From assembly GCA_040386695.1 (NCBI GenBank), contig JAZKFB010000053.1, forward strand, positions 4,859 through 68,858: 64,000 bases of DNA, in the 5' to 3' direction. The translations under genes were made by a program, and so were the position numbers. This document shows, piece by piece, positions 8,568-18,609 of the stretch; positions within the stretch are counted from its first letter, which is position 1, and each line of letters starts with the position of its first letter. Origin of the DNA: Verrucomicrobiota bacterium. GTDB taxonomy: Bacteria; Verrucomicrobiota; Verrucomicrobiia; Verrucomicrobiales; V1-33. Under the pieces are notes generated by a model. It had not been told where the DNA came from. It saw only the letters and a list, made by a program, of their open reading frames with translations, and searched no databases.

Positions 8568-9737
8568 GGCTCTCAACCCTTATGAAATAAGGGATTTCAG
8601 GTATCTAACTTTGCATGGTCCACTGCTTCCGCTTTTTTTCCAGGCGCAGCGGGAATGAGCGGGGGGTAAAATCCAAGCAGGGGTGAGATCCAGCTTTCCG
8701 GGGAGGAAAAGGACACGGTTGCGGAAGGACTGGAAATTGGGAAGTCGCCGCGCGGCGTGTTTGAGGCTTTGAATGATGGAATTGACGCCTTCGGCCCCCG
8801 CGTTGGAGCCGGAGCGCAGCGGAGACAGCCGAAGGCAAATGGGATGCCGGAGAAAGTTGAGAATGCCCCCGGCGTGCTTCTCCACCATGTCCGCCGCCTT
8901 GCCCGGCGGGGTGAGCCGCGTGCCCCGCGCCGTCTCCACCCGGCCAATGACTCCGCCGCCGTCGGTATCCGTCAGAATGGGGCGTGACGGTGCCCTTTGC
9001 TGATGGCCTTTTCGTCCAGCCCGATGTGCTTGAGCTCAAGGATGGTTCGCCGGGACAGGCCCCGGGCCAAGAGTGTTCGGCATGGATGGTGCCGCGCTCA
9101 GGAAACCGTTTTTAACCAGGCCCGTGGGCTTTCGCGTGATTGAAGCCGGAGGCTTCACAGCGGGCAGCCGGGGATTGAGCGCAGCGACATCCCCGGAAAA
9201 CTCCCGGAACGATCCATCCCGGATGGGATGGCAGCCCGGAGCCGGGCGGGGAGGCCAGTCTCCGGGCAGTCTGGCATCCCGCCGGGATGCGGATGTTTTG
9301 GACACTCTTTCCGGTGGTGTCGCTGCGCTCAACCACCGGCTACCGGCTGTTTTCCCTCCGGGAAAAGGAAGTGTTGAAAAAATGGAAGGTCCATGGCGCG
9401 CAGCTGATTCCGTGCCGAACACTCTTGGCCCCGGGCCACGGCCCGTTTGAGGACTCGACCCACGGCGTCCTCCGTGATCCGCTCCAGCCGCGCGGCTCCC
9501 CGCACGGTGCGGCATTGGGTGAACAGCTCAATGACACGTCTTTCAAAACTCCGGGTGAAGCGCCCTCCGGCCTCCGCCCGGGGCACGGCCACCATCATGG
9601 TGCCGCCGTTTTTGAGGATGATGCGGGGCACACGGGCGGTGATGACGGTTTCAAATTCACAGGTGTCCAGATGCCGCCAGGTCCGCTCCCGCCAGTCCCT
9701 GATCTCCGCGCGCTCCCGGGTCTCCGGACACCGCTAA
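8568..9737 (-). pseudogene. ISL3-family transposase relic (5'-truncated, frameshifted, internally deleted, interrupted by a nested insertion)
   Basis: Minus-strand translation gives CPETRERAEIRDWRERTWRHLDTCEFETVITARVPRI...VPRAEAGGRFTRSFERRVIEL...KRAVARG, then LSRRTILELKHIGLDEKAISKGHRH. After a frameshift it gives ILTDTDGGGVIGRVETARG...GILNFL...NAGAEGVNSIIQSLKHAARRLPNFQSFRNRVLFLPGKLDL. This is the ISL3 zinc-finger/HTH N-terminus and C-terminal tail without the DDE core. There is no start codon, because a stop sits immediately upstream at ~9738. A possible terminal repeat starts with GGCTCT at 8568 (tentative). Confidence 0.7.
9069..9426. mobile_element. 358-bp MITE-like non-autonomous element with terminal inverted repeats and an 11-bp target-site duplication
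   Basis: Terminal inverted repeats: 9069-9086 AAGAGTGTTCGGCATGGA matches the reverse complement of 9409-9426 (AAGAGTGTTCGGCACGGA) at 17/18. A direct repeat GGCCCCGGGCC lies at 9058-9068 and 9427-9437. In-silico excision restores the ISL3 reading frame. There is no internal ORF. Internal 32-nt inverted repeats (9158-9189 / 9318-9349) match 28/32. Confidence 0.6.
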
Positions 9738-9795
9738 AACCAATTGTTTCTATCTCTCAGGCTTAAACCGGCTCCATTTCTGTGATCTCCGCGAT

Positions 9796-12700
9796 TCAGA
9801 GCTCCAGCTGGACTTTGAAAAATTGTTTCAAGACGCCGGCGGGCGGGGTGTATTCAAAAACGCCGGTGGAACCGTTGGCGGTTAGTCCCCGGGCGGCGAT
9901 TGACCATGAGATCAGGTCTTCCGAGACCCAGATGGCATACCTTGCACCGGCCATCGCATGCCAGGTCAGGAGGAGGGAGCGGGTTGCCTGCTGATAGACG
10001 CAGCTGATCATTTCCCCGCTTGGTTTGGCCGGGGGGAGGCTGGCGCTGTCGTGGTGGCCCGGGGACCCTCCAGGAACAGCGCTGGCGCGCCAATTGGCCG
10101 GGCTGCCGAAAACTTCCGTTTGGGCGGCTGGATCGTGGACGACGAGCGAGAATCCGCCTTTGTCCGCTGACGCAAACCATTTGTCGTCGTAAGTGATCGT
10201 CTGAATGAGGGAGCCGTCGGGTCCATTGAGGGTCAGGGTTTCCCCGCTGTTGGACAGGTTCCCGCTCCAGGGCCCATAAACAGGCGCCTTCGCCGCTCCA
10301 TACCGTGCGGTGAAGGCGGCGGGATCGGAGCTTACGATCAGATGCGCTCCGGGCTCCAGCTCTGGGATGCCGGGGGCGAAAATGTAAGTGACACCGGTGG
10401 TGAACCGTGCGCTGCGGAGGTCGATGGGGTGGGATCCGGTGTTGCGCAGTTCGAGGAACTCAAAGCTGTTATTCGTCCAGGCGGGGTTGGCTGTGATTTC
10501 CGCTTCCGTGGGATCGGCGGGGTTAAAATGGATTTCCGTTATTGCCGTGTTTCCGGTGCCGGCGGGCGCGCTGCTGGTGTATTGCGGATCGGTCAGTCCG
10601 CCCCAATTGCTGACCAGGGGCGGATTCAGACGGCCGCCGCTGACCGCGGTGTGGCCGGCTTTGTACGCTCTCGCCAGCACCCGTGTGCCGGGAGGAACGG
10701 AGACGGGCGTTCCGTTCCAGAGCTGTGCCTCCGCAATGGGCGGCCCGCCGCCGGAGGGGCGGGGATCCGGGCCGTTGAGCGTGTAATAAACGGGCACTCC
10801 CACGGGACCGGCAAGGGTGACCGCGGTATCCGCCGGCACAAAACCGCCGGGCGGGGAGGCCGTGACGGGACCAACCCACTGGCTGTCGAAATAGTTGGCC
10901 CGCTGCTGCAGATAATCCTTCAGCCGCTGGACTTCCGCGGCCTGGCTGGCGGGATGGACCGTGCCGGTGAATGGACTGGTCCAGGCGCGCCTGCCCCGCT
11001 GCCACCGGGCGGTGTCGCGGGTGATGGCCTCAGGGCTGACAGCCTGATTCAGGGAGTCGATCAAGGCATTGACCGAGGCCGGGGAAAACCGGGTGCGGCG
11101 CAGCGCCTGCCAGCGGTCGATGTATTTCTGGTAGAAGTCGATGTCCTCAAACAGCCGTTGCCACCAATGGGCGGCAAAAAAGCCGCCCTCCGGCCAGTTG
11201 CCATTGCCCCATGCGGAAGGATCCGCGTCGCGGCCGTCCGTGGAGGACAGGGAGCGGTCAAAGTCCCAGATGGGTCCCGCCACGATTTTCCCTCCGGCAT
11301 TTTTATGCCAGAAGGTGCTCAGGCGGAAGGCGTCCACATTGTAGGGCCACAGATTGAGCAGATGGTTGTCGATGGCCGAGGGCACATCCAGCCAGGCGGC
11401 ATAACCAGTTTCGGGATTTTTCCAGTCCGCGCTGTGCAGGGCGGCGCTGAAGGAATTCAGATAATCCGTGAGGTATTGCTCCTGAGGTGCCCGTTGGGGG
11501 GATTTCAACTCGCGCTCCTTGGGATAATAATACGCCAGCAGCTGTCCCCCCGCGGTGAAACCGGTGTCCTGAGGGTCCTGCCGGTCCACTTTCCAAATAT
11601 AACCTCCGGTTTTGGCCTCCGGGCTGTTGTCATAGGGCCCGAGCTTTTGAATATCCACGCGTTTCCCGTCGCGCCGGATTTTCTCCATCACATTGTAAAC
11701 GCCGTAGTAATCACTGGTGCTGCTGGAAGTGCCCGTGAAGTTGAGACTGCCGCCGGTGACATCGATGAAAACCTCCGCCATGCGGCTGTCCGGCGCGTAA
11801 CGGCCGATGGACCGGCTCAGCGTATACATCAGCGGGTTGTGGAGCAGGGAGCGGTCGTAGTCGTAGGGTGCGTGAAACACCCAGTCCGAATGGGCGGCCA
11901 TGCCCAGCAGCGGCACGTCCCGCCCATCGTCGTCGTAGTCGTTGCGGGTTTCCAGGTTGAGGTTGAATTTCGGATTCCCCAGGGTGCTCGAACCGCGTTT
12001 GTCCATGACGATCCGGGACGTGAGCGTGGGCGGATCGGCCATTCGGGCGCGGCCGTCAGCGCCGGGTTCCCAGAGCCAGAGCCAGGAGATCTGGTCTCCG
12101 TCATCGGGGGGCGATGTGGTGCTGAACGGCGTGATGACCGCGATAGGAAGCGTCGAGGAGAAATCCCGCGTCGTGCTGTGCAGCGCCAGCCACGCCGCGG
12201 TCCTCGTGGGACCGGGCAGAAGGCCGGCTTTGAAAACCCGCGCGCGTATCATCTGCGTGGTGCCGACGCTGATGGGACCGGTGTAGAGCGGGGAAGCCGC
12301 AGTGGGGACGGTGCGGTTGGTGGTGAAGCGGATTTCGGCGGAGGGATCCGGGACGACTGCCGAAAGGCTGACCGTGAGGGGCACGCTGAAAGCCCGCGAC
12401 GGAGTGTCAAAAACCACGTCTCCCGCCACTCCGGGACCTTCAAAATTATTCCGCTCCCCCGGTGAGGGAATCGTATAGCTGCCGGTCTGCTGGGGAATGG
12501 CGGCGCTGTCCCACTCATCGCGCCCCCAGGAGCTGTCAGGAGGCAGGGCGGGATACGGTAACGTGGAAATCATACTGCCCGAGGCATTCTGCAGCACCAG
12601 CGTGCCGCCTTCCGCCGCCAGACGGAAGCCGGTGTGCAGCGGTGAAATCACCTCCTTTTTGTCCTGACCCGAGGCGAACACCACCATGCGTTCATCCGGC

Positions 12701-12945
12701 ATGATCCGCACCGACGGAAACAGCCAGGTGACACCGCCGTGAATCAGCCGGTAGTTGGCCAAGCTTACCGGGCTGACCTGCCCGGCGTTCCAGACTTCAA
12801 TCCAGGGCTGCGGGGCCCCCGCCTGATCCCGCAGGCCGCCGCTGTTGACCGCGAGCAGTTCCGTCAGGCGCACCTGGGCTCCGGCCGGGGTCAGACCGGC
12901 CAGGAGCCAGGCGGCGGGAAGAAGCGGCAGGCGGGGTGGTTTCAT
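9796..12945 (-). CDS. secreted CotH-family (atypical kinase fold) protein with N- and C-terminal lamin-tail (LTD) domains
   Basis: Signal peptide MKPPRLPLLPAAWLLAGLTPAGA. LTD-like LTELLAVNSGGLRD...WIEVWN and ITEIHFNPADP...FEFLELRNTGSHPIDL. CotH-like HAPYDYDRSLLHNPLMYTLSRSIGRYAP...YGVYNVMEKI and GPIWDFDRSL. Confidence 0.85.
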   Translation of the reverse strand: MKPPRLPLLPAAWLLAGLTPAGAQVRLTELLAVNSGGLRDQAGAPQPWIEVWNAGQVSPVSLANYRLIHGGVTWLFPSVRIMPDERMVVFASGQDKKEVISPLHTGFRLAAEGGTLVLQNASGSMISTLPYPALPPDSSWGRDEWDSAAIPQQTGSYTIPSPGERNNFEGPGVAGDVVFDTPSRAFSVPLTVSLSAVVPDPSAEIRFTTNRTVPTAASPLYTGPISVGTTQMIRARVFKAGLLPGPTRTAAWLALHSTTRDFSSTLPIAVITPFSTTSPPDDGDQISWLWLWEPGADGRARMADPPTLTSRIVMDKRGSSTLGNPKFNLNLETRNDYDDDGRDVPLLGMAAHSDWVFHAPYDYDRSLLHNPLMYTLSRSIGRYAPDSRMAEVFIDVTGGSLNFTGTSSSTSDYYGVYNVMEKIRRDGKRVDIQKLGPYDNSPEAKTGGYIWKVDRQDPQDTGFTAGGQLLAYYYPKERELKSPQRAPQEQYLTDYLNSFSAALHSADWKNPETGYAAWLDVPSAIDNHLLNLWPYNVDAFRLSTFWHKNAGGKIVAGPIWDFDRSLSSTDGRDADPSAWGNGNWPEGGFFAAHWWQRLFEDIDFYQKYIDRWQALRRTRFSPASVNALIDSLNQAVSPEAITRDTARWQRGRRAWTSPFTGTVHPASQAAEVQRLKDYLQQRANYFDSQWVGPVTASPPGGFVPADTAVTLAGPVGVPVYYTLNGPDPRPSGGGPPIAEAQLWNGTPVSVPPGTRVLARAYKAGHTAVSGGRLNPPLVSNWGGLTDPQYTSSAPAGTGNTAITEIHFNPADPTEAEITANPAWTNNSFEFLELRNTGSHPIDLRSARFTTGVTYIFAPGIPELEPGAHLIVSSDPAAFTARYGAAKAPVYGPWSGNLSNSGETLTLNGPDGSLIQTITYDDKWFASADKGGFSLVVHDPAAQTEVFGSPANWRASAVPGGSPGHHDSASLPPAKPSGEMISCVYQQATRSLLLTWHAMAGARYAIWVSEDLISWSIAARGLTANGSTGVFEYTPPAGVLKQFFKVQLEL

Positions 12946-12984
12946 AAGCGTCGGCCTCGTTCCCGGTCAGTAATGCGGAAAGCC

Positions 12985-15900
12985 TCAGAGAGGCATCAGC
13001 AGAGCGCGGGCCTTCTCCCGGCGGATACCGTCCTCCAAGGAGAGTAATTTACCGGCGCGTGCTTCGCCCAGATCCTGACGGGTGATTTTTTTGGCGGCCA
13101 CCGCCTCCAGGAGAAGGTCGATCCGCTCCGGACTGCGGAGCAGGGCATCCAGCGCGAAGTTTTTGTTGGAATCCGTCAGGCCCCCGAAAGCCCCCACCAG
13201 CAGCCGCGCCGCCTCCGGATGATTCACGTCGGCCAATCCGCTCACGGCACCCTGCTGCAGCTCGGCATTCTGGCCCGGGGCCAGATACCGTTTCAGCTGC
13301 GCCCCGCATTTTTCCCAAGGCAGCAAAGGCGTGATTCGCAGCGCGTCGTAGCGGGTGCCAGGAGGGGTTTTTTCATCATCGGCCATCAGCACGGCCAGTT
13401 CCAGGCATCGGTTCCAGCGGGCCCGCAGCTCCTGATCCTGACCGATGATCCCATCAATCCGCGCGCCGGGCCAGGGGCCGGCCTGACTGATTCCATTGAT
13501 AAGGCCCCCACCAAGGACAACTGATTGCCAGTCGAGCAGCGGAGCCCCCGGTTTTGGCAGGGAAATATCCAGCAGATTCCGGATTTCCGCCGGCTGGTTG
13601 CGTCGGCCGGCGGCGATGGTGACATTCCAGATCCAGGGGATGCGGCGGTATTCCTCCGGCGTCCCCGGCGGGAGGCCGGTGATCATTTCCCGAAGAAACT
13701 CCCCGGAGCGGTTGGGATGCTGGCGGATCAGGGACGCGCGCTGGGCGTCGGTGGTGGCGGGGTCCAGGAGTTTGCCGTCCGCCGGCGTGCCGCTTTCCCC
13801 GGACTTCAGCGCCAGCGTGGCGCCGGTGAGGGCATAGACGCCAAACCATCGGTTGCTGCCGGCGGCGGACCCCGTGACTTCCAGAACCACCGGCTTTCCA
13901 GGCTGCAGCAGGGAATGGGCGACGGTGAGGGAGAAGATGCCGTTGCTGTCTTCGGGGCCCGCCTCCTTGACTTCATAGGCCAGGCGCACCGTGCCGTCGG
14001 CGTTTGTCCAGATGTGGTCGTTCAGTTCCACGCCGAATTCCAGACTCCTGGCCCCGTTCAGCTTCAGCTGGAAAATCCCGGCGGGCTGGCTGCGGTGGCC
14101 CAGGCCTCCTGGAAAACGGAAGGTATGGCTTTCCCCGGCTGTGAGTTCCTGCGGTGCGGAAGCGGTTTCCCAGGTCACTTTGGCGTTTCCGTCCGTCTGA
14201 TGGCAGTGGGCGAAGGGCAGCACGCCCAGCCAGCTGGTGTAGGCGAAATGGGTGGAGGCGGCGGTGATTCTGGCGGCTCCATTGGCCTGCTCCGGCCCGA
14301 AAGCGGCCCGCGCCGCCGCCGCGGATTCAGGAGTGGAACCGCCGAATTCCCGGGGTTTGCCGCCCTTCAGAAAGGCGATGAGATCCGCCATTTGGGGGGG
14401 CGTGATGCTTTGTTCAAATCCTTCCGGCATCAGAGAGACCGGCGAGGGTTTGATTTCCCTGATCTCCGGCCGCAGCAGGACCTGCCGCTGTCCGGCAGCC
14501 ATGGAGAGCGTGAGACTGTTGGCGGTTTCGCTGGTGATAATCCCGGCGGCGAAACGCCCGTCCTTGAGTTCCACCACGTAGTTCAGGAAACGCGGCTCGA
14601 TGACCGCGTTGGGATCGAGAATGGCCTCCAGAAATTCCGGCACCGCTTTGTCGCGGAACAGGGAAATGTCCGGGCCGACGGCCTGGCCGATGCCCCGCAG
14701 GGAGTGGCAGATGCCGCAGTTGATCCGGAAAATCTCCGCGCCCCGGGCCGCATTGCCCATCAGGCTGGCGGTCTCCCTGTAAGCCGCGAGGACCTCGGCG
14801 CGCCGCTGGGGCTGGAAGGCCGCAAAGACTTTTTCCGCCCGGTCCCGGATGGCGGGGTCCGTGTTTTTCAGGAAGCGGTCGCGGTTGGGCACGGCGATCT
14901 CCGCGCCGGAAACCGTGCCTTTCTCCAGAGCCGCGAGCAGTTCCGCCGTCCAGGATTCCCGGCTCAGCAGCAGATCCACGAAAGTGGAGCGGGTGGCGGG
15001 GGAGCGCAGCGTCCAGTCCTGAAGCGCCAGCGGGGCGAGGGCGGGGCTGGCATGGCGCCGCAGCGCCTGGAGGGCGGTGTCCCGCAGTTCAGGTCCGGCC
15101 GTGGAGTCGAAGAAACCGAGCAGCCGTTTGAGATCGTCCGGCGTCAGTGAGGGGCTGAAGCCGTAAAGCCTCAGCGAGGCCTGGCGGAGTTCCGGCGCGG
15201 TCTTTTCCTCAAAGGCCAGCACGCCCGCCTGACGGAAAACACCTTCCAGCTTCGCGGTCAGGGCGGAATCCCCTGTGGCGCTGCCGGCGATCAGATCCTC
15301 CAGCTTCAGGCGGCGGCGTTCGAGGGCATCAATCAGATTCGCCCACGCCGTGAAGAGCCAGTCCTCCCCGGCGCTGCTGCCGTTGCCCGCGGAGGCCAGG
15401 GCCTCAAGGACCTTGGCGGCGGCGGCTTGGTTGCCGGAGGCGATGGCTGTGGAAATAAGCCCGCCGATGAGCCCGCTGCGGCCCTCCATCCCCGGAGGCG
15501 ACGCCAGCACGGCCGCAAGGATTTCCGCCGCCTGGGGAATACTGGAGCTCAGAATGGCGGTGCGCGTCCAGACGCTGTCCATATCCCCGAGAGCCAGTTT
15601 CCCTAACGCTTGACCGGCACGGGGATCATTCCATTCGCCAAGGCTCAATGCCAGCTGATAGCGGACGGCTGCATCCGGGTCCGCCGTCATCGCCGCCGCT
15701 TTGGCGGACAGCGCGGGCGAGGTGTTGAAAAGCGGTTCGCTCATGCGCAGGGCGTTGGCCCGGACTCCGGGATGGGGGTCCGAAAGCGCGGGCTCCAGCG
15801 CCAGCGGGGCCAGCGCGCGCAGGCCCTCCAGGGAGGCCAGGGCCTGCAGACGGACCTGGGGCAGAGCGCTTTTGGCGGCGAGTTCCGTCAGGGATGGCAC

Positions 15901-18609
15901 GATGGAGGAGTCACCGCGCCGCATCAGTTGATCCTGCGCCAGATCGCGCACCGGACCATTGGGCGTGTCCAGCGCGGCCACGAGTTCCGGCAGGGGGAGT
16001 TTGGTCAGATCCCGCACTGGCCGCGGGGTTTTACCGTTGGGGAAAACCCGGTAGATGCGGCCTTTGTCATCGCCGGCGCGGACATCCAGCCTGGCGAGCT
16101 GCTCCGCCGCGATCCACTTGGGATGCTCGATAACATAACGGTACATATCCACGATCCACAGCGCGCCGTCCGGCCCCGTCCGGACCTGCACCGGACGCGA
16201 CCAGTTGTCAGAGGACGAGAAAAATTCCGACTGTGCCTCATCCGCCGCGCGATGGCCATGGAAGCTGATGCCGTCCGCGCTGAACTTCAGGCGGGTGGTC
16301 AGATTGTGAACCGCTTCATTGACAAAATAGTCGCCGTAATAGTCATCACCCAGCAGATTGTCGCGGTAGAAATCCCCGCCGCAGGCCGCAGTGGCGCTGT
16401 TGGCGTCCTGGGGGTCATTAAAGCGCGCCAGCGTCGGGCTGGTGGGAAACACGCGGCGGCTCCGTTCCACCCGCAGACGCTGCTCCTGGGGAATCACCAC
16501 CGTATTGCGCTTCAGATAGTGCTCCGGCAGGGGATAATGCCAGGCGAAGGTGCCGTTGTCGGTGCCGAACCAGTGGCCCCAGTCATCCCGCACCCGCCCC
16601 TGCTGGGTCAGGCCGGAGGCCGGTTCGAAGTCGCCGGTGTCCGGATTCATCCGAAAATCCCGGCCCCGGATGTCCACCGTTTTGCCGGTGGCGCTGGCGG
16701 TGATGGATCCGCCCAGCAGTCCGTTGGCACCGTAAACCCAGCCGTCCAGCCCGCGCCGCAGCCCGTTGACGCGGGCCTGGAAATTCTCTGTCGCGAAACC
16801 GGTGAAAAGCTTCTCCACCTTGTCCGCCCGGCCATCGCCGTCCGTGTCCTGAGCGTAAAGAATATCGGGGGCGGCGGTGATCAGCACTCCGTTCCGCCAG
16901 GTCAGAAGGCCGGTGGGAAAGGGCAGGCCGTCCACGAAAACGGTGGCTTTCTCATACCGGCCGTCACCGTCCTTGTCCTCAAGGAATTTCACGCGTCCGC
17001 CGGGTGCTCCGTTGCCGTCCATGCCGCTGGGATAGTCGCGCATTTCGACCACCCAGAGTTTTCCATCAGCTCCGAAATCAATGGCCACGGGATCGGTGAT
17101 CTCGGGCTCCGCCGCCACGAGGGAGACGGTGAATCCGGGTTTGACGGTGATCCGTTTCAGCGATTCCTCCGCCGCCACGGGCGGAGTTACACCATCCATT
17201 TTTGTGAGGCGGAGGGAGTCCGGCAGCAGCTTCCGGACTTCGGTGAAAATCCGTTCCTCCGTGTCCGGTCCCAGACGGGCCGGGCGATCGTAATAGGGCA
17301 TGGCCGCCCCCCCCTCGTAACCGCCCTCTTTCAGAATCCGGCTGGAGGGGATGTAGCAGGGAACGTCATTGGCATAAGCGGTGACCCACAGGTTGGTGTA
17401 TTCCCGTTTCAGGCCCAGCGAATAATCAGCGACCACCTCGCCGGGGAGGAAAACCATCGCCAGGTCATTGCCGAAGGTCCACGTCTGCACGCTGTAAGGC
17501 AGGGCGGCGGGCAGGGTTTCCCCGCGGTCCAGACGCTCCAGATTTTTGCGGGCATGGTAGCCGGTGATGCCGGGCTTGAGGGCCATTGCCTGCCACTGCG
17601 CGCGGTCCGGCAGGGTTTCGTAAGGAAGCTCAAACCGGCTGAGCGCCCCGGCCGGGGGTGAGGTCAGTGGTTTCAGAGAACCCGCCAGCAGCCGGGAAAC
17701 CTCGGACGCGATTTCCCGGCCATGATCCTGGGCGGCCTGGAGCGAGCCCATGGGGCTGGGATTGGCGTCCGCGCCGCAGCCGATGGAGACCATGGCGATG
17801 CAGCCCGGATGATCGCGTTCCATGTCCTCCTGGGCAAACCCGGCCCAGTCGCCGCCGTGGACATTGGAGGCGAGGGTGGTGCAGTGGCAGGCGTAATTAG
17901 CCAGCACCACGCGCAGCGCGCCATCCGGCTCCCGCACCGCCAGCACCGGCAGGGACTGGTCCACCGGCCCGCCCTGGGGCCGGCGGTTGCGGGCGAAGCG
18001 GGCGTGCCCCGCTCCGGAAGCCAACCGGGCGGGTTTGCGGTCCCGGAGCGCCTCCAGCCCCACCTGCACCAGCTTGTCTGTCAGCTCCGCGGTGTAGCGG
18101 TCGACGTTGCCCTGCTCGGCGGGCTCAATGTCTTTACTGAACAGAAACGGCAGCACCCCGGTCAGCATGGGGCCGTTGTGGGTGTGGCTAGAGCAGAGCG
18201 TGAAGTTGGCGCGGGGAAAAGGCAGCTTTGCGGAAATTCGTTGATACACCTCCTCGGTCACGGTTCCGGGCACGCCCACATTGTCCACGGTGACCAGCAC
18301 CGCCGTCGTCTCCGGATTTTCTCCAAAGGCCAGAGCTTTGGCCCACAGCCGCTGGCCGATGCCCTCGGATTCCCTGGTCCGGCCTCCGTATCCACTGAGC
18401 CGGATGGGGTATTCCGGGGTAATATCCACTTTGGCCGCTCCGGCGGACACCAAGGCTGTGGAAGCTTGCGCAGTGCCGGTTTTCTCCTCCCGGACGCCCG
18501 CCACAACTCCGGCAAAAGCCAGCAGAGGAAGTACGACGATGAGGCGGGGAATGTGCCGGACAGAAACGGCGGGGGACTGAGGGGGGACGCAGTGGGGACT
18601 TTTACGCAT
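12985..18609 (-). CDS. giant secreted multidomain protein: neutral/alkaline ceramidase-like N-domain + PVC-type membrane-bound-dehydrogenase-like propeller + HEAT repeats + cytochrome c (CxxCH) + C-terminal beta/HEAT region
   Basis: Maximal ORF is 12985..18711 (1908 aa). The likely start is Met at 18609 or 18624, just before the signal-like RLIVVLPLLAFAGVVAG. Ceramidase-like GAAKVDITPEYPIRLSGYGGR, SSHTHNGP, FARNRR. Dehydrogenase-like DGKLWVVEMRDYPSG...FLEDKDGDGRYEK. Heme site CGICH (14704-14718) in GAEIFRINCGICHSLRGIGQAVGPD. Confidence 0.85.
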   Translation of the reverse strand: MRKSPHCVPPQSPAVSVRHIPRLIVVLPLLAFAGVVAGVREEKTGTAQASTALVSAGAAKVDITPEYPIRLSGYGGRTRESEGIGQRLWAKALAFGENPETTAVLVTVDNVGVPGTVTEEVYQRISAKLPFPRANFTLCSSHTHNGPMLTGVLPFLFSKDIEPAEQGNVDRYTAELTDKLVQVGLEALRDRKPARLASGAGHARFARNRRPQGGPVDQSLPVLAVREPDGALRVVLANYACHCTTLASNVHGGDWAGFAQEDMERDHPGCIAMVSIGCGADANPSPMGSLQAAQDHGREIASEVSRLLAGSLKPLTSPPAGALSRFELPYETLPDRAQWQAMALKPGITGYHARKNLERLDRGETLPAALPYSVQTWTFGNDLAMVFLPGEVVADYSLGLKREYTNLWVTAYANDVPCYIPSSRILKEGGYEGGAAMPYYDRPARLGPDTEERIFTEVRKLLPDSLRLTKMDGVTPPVAAEESLKRITVKPGFTVSLVAAEPEITDPVAIDFGADGKLWVVEMRDYPSGMDGNGAPGGRVKFLEDKDGDGRYEKATVFVDGLPFPTGLLTWRNGVLITAAPDILYAQDTDGDGRADKVEKLFTGFATENFQARVNGLRRGLDGWVYGANGLLGGSITASATGKTVDIRGRDFRMNPDTGDFEPASGLTQQGRVRDDWGHWFGTDNGTFAWHYPLPEHYLKRNTVVIPQEQRLRVERSRRVFPTSPTLARFNDPQDANSATAACGGDFYRDNLLGDDYYGDYFVNEAVHNLTTRLKFSADGISFHGHRAADEAQSEFFSSSDNWSRPVQVRTGPDGALWIVDMYRYVIEHPKWIAAEQLARLDVRAGDDKGRIYRVFPNGKTPRPVRDLTKLPLPELVAALDTPNGPVRDLAQDQLMRRGDSSIVPSLTELAAKSALPQVRLQALASLEGLRALAPLALEPALSDPHPGVRANALRMSEPLFNTSPALSAKAAAMTADPDAAVRYQLALSLGEWNDPRAGQALGKLALGDMDSVWTRTAILSSSIPQAAEILAAVLASPPGMEGRSGLIGGLISTAIASGNQAAAAKVLEALASAGNGSSAGEDWLFTAWANLIDALERRRLKLEDLIAGSATGDSALTAKLEGVFRQAGVLAFEEKTAPELRQASLRLYGFSPSLTPDDLKRLLGFFDSTAGPELRDTALQALRRHASPALAPLALQDWTLRSPATRSTFVDLLLSRESWTAELLAALEKGTVSGAEIAVPNRDRFLKNTDPAIRDRAEKVFAAFQPQRRAEVLAAYRETASLMGNAARGAEIFRINCGICHSLRGIGQAVGPDISLFRDKAVPEFLEAILDPNAVIEPRFLNYVVELKDGRFAAGIITSETANSLTLSMAAGQRQVLLRPEIREIKPSPVSLMPEGFEQSITPPQMADLIAFLKGGKPREFGGSTPESAAAARAAFGPEQANGAARITAASTHFAYTSWLGVLPFAHCHQTDGNAKVTWETASAPQELTAGESHTFRFPGGLGHRSQPAGIFQLKLNGARSLEFGVELNDHIWTNADGTVRLAYEVKEAGPEDSNGIFSLTVAHSLLQPGKPVVLEVTGSAAGSNRWFGVYALTGATLALKSGESGTPADGKLLDPATTDAQRASLIRQHPNRSGEFLREMITGLPPGTPEEYRRIPWIWNVTIAAGRRNQPAEIRNLLDISLPKPGAPLLDWQSVVLGGGLINGISQAGPWPGARIDGIIGQDQELRARWNRCLELAVLMADDEKTPPGTRYDALRITPLLPWEKCGAQLKRYLAPGQNAELQQGAVSGLADVNHPEAARLLVGAFGGLTDSNKNFALDALLRSPERIDLLLEAVAAKKITRQDLGEARAGKLLSLEDGIRREKARALLMPL

